A DNA stretch of 32,059 nucleotides from a virus. Its lineage: Duplodnaviria; Caudoviricetes. A program made the translations under genes and the position numbers. Shown one piece after another: positions 25,586 through 32,059 of the stretch; the stretch's first letter is position 1; each line of letters begins with the position of its first letter. The notes beneath the pieces are model-generated. The model worked only from the letters and a program-made list of their open reading frames with translations. It had not been told where the DNA came from and did not search any database. The DNA is taken from IMG/VR virus record IMGVR_UViG_3300025543_000123, positions 1 to 32,059 of that record. One strand, given 5' to 3'.

Positions 25586-25885
25586 ATGATAGTTTGCGAG
25601 TATAAACATTGTGACAATTTATTTGAATATAAATCAAATAAAAAGTTTTGCAGTAGAAGGTGCAAAGAAAGAAGTAAGGAATCAAGAACTTGTTCAAAAA
25701 GACCTTATAGATTATTTGTAGCAGATAAATGCTCAAATTGTGGATTTATACCAATACATATTTGTCAATTAGATGTTGACCATATAGATGGTAATAGAAA
25801 TAATAATAACATTTTAAACCTTCAAACTCTTTGTGCTAATTGTCACAGATTGAAAACGTACTTAAACAAAGATTGGATTAAATAA
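25586..25885 (+). CDS. HNH endonuclease
   Basis: CSNCG...LDVDHIDGNRNNNNILNLQTLCANCH; N-terminal KKFCSRRC zinc finger. Confidence 0.9.
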   Translation: MIVCEYKHCDNLFEYKSNKKFCSRRCKERSKESRTCSKRPYRLFVADKCSNCGFIPIHICQLDVDHIDGNRNNNNILNLQTLCANCHRLKTYLNKDWIK

Positions 25886-25916
25886 TCTTTTTTATTAACT
25901 TTAAAAAATATAAAAA

Positions 25917-26435
25917 ATGGCGTGCGATATAACACTAGGAAGAACGGAACAATGTAAAGATTCCAATGGAGGTCTTAGAGCAGTATATTTTGTAAATTGG
26001 GGAGATGCAACAGGTTATACAATTGTTGACGATTCAATTACTGCTGCTGCTGGTACACCTTCAGCATACAAATATGAACTAAAAGGAACAAGTTCATTCG
26101 AACAAACAGTTACAAGTTCAAGAGAAAACGGAACTACATTTGTTTCTCAAAAATTGACATTAGATTTAAAAAAATTAAGTGCTGCTGACCATAAGCAAGT
26201 AAAACTTTTATCTTATGGAAGACCACAAGTAATAATCGAAGATAATAACGGAAATCATTTTCTTGCAGGATTAACTAAAGGATGTGACTTGGTTTCTGCT
26301 ACTATTTCAACGGGTGCAAATCTTGGAGATAAAAGTGGTTATTCTTTAGAATTTGATGGAATGGAACCAATTGCTGCAAACTTCATCACGGGTGATTTAA
26401 CTACTGTTGGATTTACAATTGTTGCGGGAGTATAA
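25917..26435 (+). CDS. Major tail tube protein (putative)
   Basis: 172 aa; MACDI..GR...CKD..GG N-terminus, followed by a terminator. Confidence 0.7.
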   Translation: MACDITLGRTEQCKDSNGGLRAVYFVNWGDATGYTIVDDSITAAAGTPSAYKYELKGTSSFEQTVTSSRENGTTFVSQKLTLDLKKLSAADHKQVKLLSYGRPQVIIEDNNGNHFLAGLTKGCDLVSATISTGANLGDKSGYSLEFDGMEPIAANFITGDLTTVGFTIVAGV

Positions 26436-26457
26436 TTTATTTTTATTTGTTTTTTTT

Positions 26458-26484
26458 AAAGGGTGTCTTCGGGCATCCTTTTTT
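26458..26484 (+). terminator. Intrinsic terminator
   Basis: AAAGGGTGTC-TTCG-GGCATCCTTT followed by a T tract. Confidence 0.9.
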
Positions 26485-26491
26485 ATTTAAA

Positions 26492-26513
26492 ACAATTTTC
26501 AATTTTAATTATT
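26492..26513 (+). promoter_or_regulatory. Putative late promoter ACAA-N13-TTATT
   Basis: Exact motif 17 bp before ATG 26531. Confidence 0.65.
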
Positions 26514-26530
26514 AATATAAAAAATATTAT

Positions 26531-26959
26531 ATGATAATTTTAAAGCAACAAACAGAACCACAATTAATATACTTTATTCCTAGAGAATATACTGCTTCGG
26601 CTTTGAGTTTAAGAAATGAAACTACTGGTGAAATAGTGATATATTATACTGCTGATGCTATTTATAAATTAATTGATAGAACTTTATTAGAAGGAGGTAA
26701 TTTTGAAGCTAAAGAATGCTTAATAAATAGTTTTGATTTAATAGATACTTATTTTCAACAAGAAGATTATTTTTTAAAAATATCAATACCATTAACTTTA
26801 ACAGAAAATACTTTCTATAATTTAAATATTTTCAACAAAGATAAGGTTATTTATAAAGATAAAGTTTTTTGTACTAACCAAGTAATAAAAGACTTTACAG
26901 TTAACGAAAATCAATACGTAGAGAACAATACAACGAACGAATTTATAATATATGAGTAA
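26531..26959 (+). CDS. Putative virion/neck protein with internal DGG-like motif
   Basis: Precedes portal; contains RTLLEGGNFEAKECL. Confidence 0.65.
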   Translation: MIILKQQTEPQLIYFIPREYTASALSLRNETTGEIVIYYTADAIYKLIDRTLLEGGNFEAKECLINSFDLIDTYFQQEDYFLKISIPLTLTENTFYNLNIFNKDKVIYKDKVFCTNQVIKDFTVNENQYVENNTTNEFIIYE

Positions 26960-28730
26960 TATATCAGTTCTTAATTTATCGGCTTACACAAGCCCTACAA
27001 TTCAAGAAAATAAGAAAAACAATTACGTAGAATATGGCTCAGAAAATAACTACTTTCAATATTTAATTGATAGATATTTATATTCAGCCACAAATGGAGC
27101 AATCATTACAGGTGTATCTAATATGATATACGGTAAAGGATTGGATGCTTTAGATTCTAACCATAAACCAAACGAATACGCACAATTTAAGTCTATTGTA
27201 AAAGATTCAGATTTAAAGAAAGTTATCTTAGAGCGTAAACTTCTAGGTATGGCTGCAATGCAAGTTGTAAAAGAAAAAGGAGTAGTTAAACAAGTACTTC
27301 ATTTTCCTATGCATACATTAAGAGCAGAGAAATGCAATGATAAAGGACAGATTGAAAATTGGTATTACCATAATAATTGGGCTGAAAAGAAACCTAATGA
27401 AGTAATTAAAAAGATTCCTGCTTTTGGATTTGGTAATGGTAATGAAGTAGAATTGTATGTTATTAAACCTTATGTATCGGGTTTTGATTATTATAGTCCG
27501 ATTGATTATAGCGGTTCATTGCCTTATGCATTACTTGAAGAAACTATTGCTGATTATCAAATTAATGATTGCCAAAATGGATTCTCAGGAACTAAAGTAA
27601 TAAACTTCAATAACGGAGTTCCATCTGAGGAAATGCGTGATAAAATGAAGAGTGATGTGCTGCGTAAATTAACAGGTTCAAGAGGTGAAAAGGTAATTGT
27701 AGCTTTTAATCAAAATGCTGAATCAAAAACAACAGTTGAAGATTTGCCTTTAAATGATGCACCTCAACACTATGAATATTTAAGTAAAGAATGCTTTGAT
27801 AAGTTGATTGTAGGTCATAGAGTTACTTCGCCAATGTTGTTAGGAATACGCACAGGTGATGGTGGTTTAGGTAACAATGCAGACGAAATTAAGACTGCTA
27901 CGCTATTAATGGACAATATAGTAATTAAACCATACCAATTAGAAATAATAGACGCAATTGATGAAATTTTAGCAGTTAACGATATATCATTAAAACTTTA
28001 TTTCAAAACTATCCAACCTTTAGAATTTGTAGATACTGATGGAATGAATGCTGAAACTAAAGAAGAAGAAACAGGTGTTAAAATGAGTGCTGAAAATTCA
28101 ATTGAATTAGATGAATTTATTGATTTAAAAGGTGAGGTTTTACCTGACAATTGGGTTTGTGTTGACGAAACTGAAGTAGATTACGAAACTGAGGAAGAAT
28201 TGGATAATGAAATTAATTCTTTAAATAAAAAATCAGTTTTATCTAAAATATATGACTTTGCTACATCTGTTGGTTCTAGACCAAATGCAAAATCTGAACA
28301 AGATAAAGAAATTGATGGTTTTAAATTTATCACTAGATATTCATATACTGGTAATGAATCACCTGAAAGAGAATTTTGTAAAAAAATGATGTCCGCAAGT
28401 AAAAACGGTAGAGTTTATAGAAAAGAAGATTTAGAAAATGTAAATTCTAAAGTTGTAAATGATGGTTTTGAGCATAACAACGAGCCTTATAATATCTTTC
28501 TTTATAAAGGTGGTGCTAGATGTCATCATAAATTTTTAAGAAAAACTTTTGTAAATATGGAAGGTGTTAAAATAGATGTCAACAATCCACAAGCAAAAAC
28601 TATTTCAGTAGCAAAAGCAGAAAAATATGGTTATAGAATCAGAAACAAAAAAGAGGTTGCTATGATGCCGAATGATATGCCTTTGAAAGGATTTCACCCT
28701 GATAATAAAAACTTACCTAAAGACGTATAA
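26952..28730 (+). CDS. Portal protein with C-terminal extension
   Basis: LIVGHRVTSPMLLGI...LGNNADE...VIKPYQ portal pattern plus about 215 extra aa. Confidence 0.8.
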   Translation: MSNISVLNLSAYTSPTIQENKKNNYVEYGSENNYFQYLIDRYLYSATNGAIITGVSNMIYGKGLDALDSNHKPNEYAQFKSIVKDSDLKKVILERKLLGMAAMQVVKEKGVVKQVLHFPMHTLRAEKCNDKGQIENWYYHNNWAEKKPNEVIKKIPAFGFGNGNEVELYVIKPYVSGFDYYSPIDYSGSLPYALLEETIADYQINDCQNGFSGTKVINFNNGVPSEEMRDKMKSDVLRKLTGSRGEKVIVAFNQNAESKTTVEDLPLNDAPQHYEYLSKECFDKLIVGHRVTSPMLLGIRTGDGGLGNNADEIKTATLLMDNIVIKPYQLEIIDAIDEILAVNDISLKLYFKTIQPLEFVDTDGMNAETKEEETGVKMSAENSIELDEFIDLKGEVLPDNWVCVDETEVDYETEEELDNEINSLNKKSVLSKIYDFATSVGSRPNAKSEQDKEIDGFKFITRYSYTGNESPEREFCKKMMSASKNGRVYRKEDLENVNSKVVNDGFEHNNEPYNIFLYKGGARCHHKFLRKTFVNMEGVKIDVNNPQAKTISVAKAEKYGYRIRNKKEVAMMPNDMPLKGFHPDNKNLPKDV

Positions 28731-28731
28731 A

Positions 28732-29232
28732 ATGGCAAAAGCATTATTTATAAACACAAATGACATAGTTAAATATACTATGCTAAACGGAAATGTAGAC
28801 CCTGATACTTATACTCAATTTATTTTTCAGGCTCAACAAATACACATTCAAAACTATTTAGGTACTAAGTTATACAATAAAATCAACGATGGTATTATAG
28901 CAGGAACTTTGACTACTGACTATTCAGACCTTTTAAAGGATTATATTAAAATGATGACAGTATGGTGGTCAATGGTGGAGTTCTTACCTTATGCGTCTAT
29001 TAAAATAAGCGAAAAGGGAGTATTTAAACATAACTCAGAGAATAGTGTAAATGTAGATAAGGTAGAAATGGATTCTTTAATTGCAAATGCAAGAGATACT
29101 GCTCAAAGTTATACAAATAGGTTTATTGATTTTATGACTTTTAACCAAGAAAAATTCCCTGAGTACAACTTGAATACTAATGCGGATGTATATCCCGACA
29201 AAGACGCAAACTTCGGAGGATGGATACTATAA
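28732..29232 (+). CDS. Head-tail adaptor (putative)
   Basis: Follows portal; helical AQ..HIQNYLGTKLY. Confidence 0.65.
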   Translation: MAKALFINTNDIVKYTMLNGNVDPDTYTQFIFQAQQIHIQNYLGTKLYNKINDGIIAGTLTTDYSDLLKDYIKMMTVWWSMVEFLPYASIKISEKGVFKHNSENSVNVDKVEMDSLIANARDTAQSYTNRFIDFMTFNQEKFPEYNLNTNADVYPDKDANFGGWIL

Positions 29233-29298
29233 AAAAGACATACGAACCTAAGAAAAAGAACGTTAAAAAATTACAAATCTTTTTAAAAAAAATAGCAA

Positions 29299-29529
29299 AT
29301 GAGCGATTGGGGACAAGGAGTAAATAATACAATTGGATGGAGTCAAGGATTCATCAATAATACTATTAATTGGGGTAAATCTTATGTTACTAGTTGGACA
29401 GGAGAAACAGATATTACAGGAGTAGTTTATAAAATTACAACTGATTTTAAAGCAAGAGTATTATTAGATGGTGGAACATTTGAATCTGATTCTTGTTTAT
29501 ACAATACATTAACAAATTTAAACATATAA
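29299..29529 (+). CDS. Small structural protein with WG repeats and DGG motif
   Basis: WGQG/WSQG/WGKS repeats; FKARVLLDGGTFESDSCL. Confidence 0.7.
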   Translation: MSDWGQGVNNTIGWSQGFINNTINWGKSYVTSWTGETDITGVVYKITTDFKARVLLDGGTFESDSCLYNTLTNLNI

Positions 29530-29530
29530 A

Positions 29531-30493
29531 ATGAGTTTATTAGATAAAGCAAGTTTGGTTATTACACCAAATGCAACAAAAGCAAGTAAATTATATTCAG
29601 TTATTCCTTCAGATGGAACAGGTGATATGAACGTTGTAAGAGCAACAACTGCAACAAGAGTTAATAGTAGTGGTTTAATAGAATCAGTTGCTTTAAATGT
29701 ACCTAGAATAGACTATACAGATAGTAATTGTCCTAGTGTATTGGTAGAACCACAAAGAACTAATTTATTATTTCCTAGTGATATAGCTACAATACAAACG
29801 AAAACAGTAACTGCACAAGCATATACTTTATCCTTCTATGGCACAGGTTCAATTGTTGTATCAGGTGTGTTTACGGGAACTTTAGTGGGTACTGGGTTAA
29901 ACAATAGAGTTTATTTAACTTTCACTCCAACTGCTGGAAGTGTTATTTTTACAGTTTCTGGTTCGGTTTTAAATTGGCAACTAGAACAAGGATCATACGC
30001 TACATCATACATACCAACGGTAGCATCAGCAGTAACTAGAAATGCAGATGTTATTAGTAAAACAGGTGTAAGTGATTTGATAGGACAAACTGAGGGAACT
30101 ATTTTTTTTGATGGATTAGCAATTGGAGAAACTGAAATTTGTAACATTAATCAAAGTATTGTAAATTCAGTATTTTTATATGTGCTATCAGGTAAAGTTT
30201 GCGGAATTGTTTTTGCAGACGGTACTACTTTAAATATGATTTCTACTATTAATTCATCAACAAGATTTAAAGCCGCTATTGCTTATAAATCAAATGATAT
30301 TATTTTTTATGTAAACGGTCAATTAATTTCACAACAAACATCTGCAACATTTACTCCAAATGTAATAATGCAAAACTTCTATATTGCACAGGGTAATTAT
30401 GTACAAGGAAAAGAAAAAGTAAATTGTAATTCAGCACAACTTTACAAAACAGCTTTAACAAATACAGAACTAGCAACTTTAACAACACTATAA
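29531..30493 (+). CDS. Fibre / receptor-binding protein with LamG-like C-terminus
   Basis: RATTATRVN, PRID, EPQRTNL, QLEQGSYATSYIPT...VTRNAD; beta-rich C-terminus. Confidence 0.75.
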   Translation: MSLLDKASLVITPNATKASKLYSVIPSDGTGDMNVVRATTATRVNSSGLIESVALNVPRIDYTDSNCPSVLVEPQRTNLLFPSDIATIQTKTVTAQAYTLSFYGTGSIVVSGVFTGTLVGTGLNNRVYLTFTPTAGSVIFTVSGSVLNWQLEQGSYATSYIPTVASAVTRNADVISKTGVSDLIGQTEGTIFFDGLAIGETEICNINQSIVNSVFLYVLSGKVCGIVFADGTTLNMISTINSSTRFKAAIAYKSNDIIFYVNGQLISQQTSATFTPNVIMQNFYIAQGNYVQGKEKVNCNSAQLYKTALTNTELATLTTL

Positions 30494-30494
30494 A

Positions 30495-30806
30495 ATGAAT
30501 ATAATAAAACTAAATTACACAGATAAAGAAACTGCAATTGCTGATTTAAAAGCTAAAGGAGTTTATGTAGAAAAAGAAAACTTAGAAAAAGAGTTAGTGT
30601 TAAGCTATGGTGATGGTGTTCAAGCTATTGTTGAAATAGGTAAAATAGTTTTAACACAAGGTACTTATGATGCTGATTTTGTAGAATTAACCCCTCCAAT
30701 ATTTGCTGATGGTTATCACTATGATATTATGTGTGAACAAGAAATAGACTTTGGTGTAAATGAAGTTGTAGTAAATAATCCTAAACATTCCTTCGCAGGA
30801 TATTAA
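30495..30806 (+). CDS. Fibre-associated hypothetical protein
   Basis: Follows the fibre gene; GYHYD...PKHSFAG. Confidence 0.65.
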   Translation: MNIIKLNYTDKETAIADLKAKGVYVEKENLEKELVLSYGDGVQAIVEIGKIVLTQGTYDADFVELTPPIFADGYHYDIMCEQEIDFGVNEVVVNNPKHSFAGY

Positions 30807-30807
30807 T

Positions 30808-31002
30808 ATGAAAAACATTTATAAAAGTTGGAAAACAACCCTATTAGGCATTATCTTAATAGGGGTTGGTATTGGTTATGTATTCGTAAATGCATCACCT
30901 GATTATATCTTAATGAGTATTTTAATAAGTGCTGGAATAGGCTTTGTTTTTTCTCCTGATAGTGTAATAGAATTGTTAAAAAAGAAAAGTAAGGAAGTGT
31001 AA
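30808..31002 (+). CDS. Holin (putative)
   Basis: SWKTTLLG, two TM segments, basic C-terminus. Confidence 0.7.
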   Translation: MKNIYKSWKTTLLGIILIGVGIGYVFVNASPDYILMSILISAGIGFVFSPDSVIELLKKKSKEV

Positions 31003-31295
31003 TGACAAAGCTTGAATCAGAAAAAATAGACCGTTTAGAAAGTCATTTTAAAGTGTATAAATCTGATATGGTTGATGTAATAGCTAGCGTTAGAAATATA
31101 GAACAATCTTTAATAGGTTCACCTTTAAACGGTCATAAAGGAATAGTTCATTTATTAGATTCTATTGATGAAAGAGTAAAAGATTTAGAGAAAAAACAGA
31201 TATTAGCAGATGATAGACTTGAGAAGTTTAAGTGGTTTCAAAGGGGATTTATAGGAGTGATTTTTGGTTATTTAACGTGGTTAATAAGTAAGTGA
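31002..31295 (+). CDS. Coiled-coil protein with C-terminal TM (lysis-associated)
   Basis: Between holin and endolysin. Confidence 0.6.
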   Translation: MTKLESEKIDRLESHFKVYKSDMVDVIASVRNIEQSLIGSPLNGHKGIVHLLDSIDERVKDLEKKQILADDRLEKFKWFQRGFIGVIFGYLTWLISK

Positions 31296-31296
31296 T

Positions 31297-31743
31297 ATGA
31301 AGCTAGATGCAAATGGAATAAATTTTTTATCTGAACTTGAGGGATTAGAATTAAAAGCATATAAATGCTCCGCAGGTGTATGGACAATAGGATTAGGAAA
31401 TACATTTTATTCTGATGGTTCTAAAGTAAAACAAGGCGATGTTATAACTAAAAAAGATGCTTATGATTTATTTCATCTAATAGCGATTAAATTTGAAAAA
31501 GCTATTAATGAAAATGTAAAAGTTAATTTAAATCAAAATCAATTTAACTCTTTATTTTGCTTTGTTTATAATATAGGTATTACTGGGTTTAAAAATAGTA
31601 CACTTTTAAGATATGTAAATCTAAATCCTAATGATGGAAATATAGCTAAACAATTCTTGAGATGGAATAAGATAGCAGGAAAAGAATCTAAAGGATTGAC
31701 AAATAGAAGAATCAAAGAATCAGCTTTATACTTTAAAAAATGA
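31297..31743 (+). CDS. Endolysin, GH24 lysozyme
   Basis: EGLELKAYKCSAGVWTIGLG, QNQFNSL, GLTNRRIKE. Confidence 0.95.
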   Translation: MKLDANGINFLSELEGLELKAYKCSAGVWTIGLGNTFYSDGSKVKQGDVITKKDAYDLFHLIAIKFEKAINENVKVNLNQNQFNSLFCFVYNIGITGFKNSTLLRYVNLNPNDGNIAKQFLRWNKIAGKESKGLTNRRIKESALYFKK

Positions 31744-31940
31744 ATGATAAATATTTAATATTAACGGAAGCTAAAAGTATTAGAGAACAATTTTCAACAG
31801 AAAAAGAGTTTGAAGATTGGTTAAGAATAGATTTTGAAGGTTCACACTATGAAGATTTATTATTTGCTTTACAAGTATTTGAAGAAGCTGAAATGTATGA
31901 AGACTGTATAATAATTAAGAAAATCTTAGATGAATTTTAA
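31740..31940 (+). CDS. Hypothetical protein
   Basis: 66-aa acidic ORF. Confidence 0.6.
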   Translation: MNDKYLILTEAKSIREQFSTEKEFEDWLRIDFEGSHYEDLLFALQVFEEAEMYEDCIIIKKILDEF

Positions 31941-32059
31941 AATAAGTATTATCATATGTGGTGCACTTTTTTTTAGTTGTGCATCTAGAAAAGTAGATAT
32001 AAATAAAACAGAAATAAAAAAAGATAGTTTAGTTGAAAAATTAATTACTATTAAAGATA
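31930..32059 (+). CDS. 5' part of the u-spanin-like lipoprotein (continues at 144-496)
   Basis: ATG 31930, lipobox FFSC. Confidence 0.7.
   Translation, partial: MNFKISIIICGALFFSCASRKVDINKTEIKKDSLVEKLITIKD
31934..32059 (+). repeat. Terminal direct repeat, copy 2
   Basis: Identical to 18-143. Confidence 0.95.

Noticed and set aside
22635-25885. Group I introns housing the endonucleases
   Set aside because: Flanking genes are uninterrupted and there is no room for intron core structure.
29220-29327. 35-aa basic ORF MDTIKKTYEPKKKNVKKLQIF...
   Set aside because: Plausible gap filler but too short and overlapping to support without homologues.
717-30147. All minus-strand ORFs in the track (e.g. 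717-935, 4417-4692, 13407-13793, 21277-21708, 24109-24498, 29911-30147)
   Set aside because: They are antisense shadows of well-supported + strand genes and have no motifs.
1-32059. tRNA or rRNA genes
   Set aside because: No cloverleaf or T-loop GTTCRA context seen in the intergenic gaps; not confirmed with tRNAscan.

Overview
This window is an apparently complete, very AT-rich tailed phage genome of about 31.9 kb: 31934-32059 repeats 18-143, so the contig circularises. All credible genes lie on the + strand. TAnnTTTG promoters and the gene content suggest a Bacteroidota (Flavobacterium-like) host. Modules: early, recombination and replication genes (NinG, ERF, SSB, AAA helicase, sigma-like factor, MazG, 5'-3' exonuclease, ParB-like, MTase, ThyX); terminase; siphovirus-type structural genes in an unusual order; lysis (holin, GH24 lysozyme, u-spanin-like lipoprotein). 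I recognised no integrase, repressor or DNA polymerase. The main discovery is 1308-3447, an integron-like array of six single-gene cassettes. The cassettes are separated by attC-like palindromic elements (YAAC-arm-loop-arm-GTTR), and each intact cassette's two ends are complementary across a G/TT junction. Some elements supply leader peptides or the N-terminus of the next gene. Other signals: a probable late promoter (ACAA-N13-TTATT), TTAACA-N5-TTAACA boxes at early promoters, a -1 frameshift, a RVxxDGGxFExxxCL motif shared by three virion proteins, and a candidate structured RNA. All calls come from reading the sequence by eye; no searches were run.
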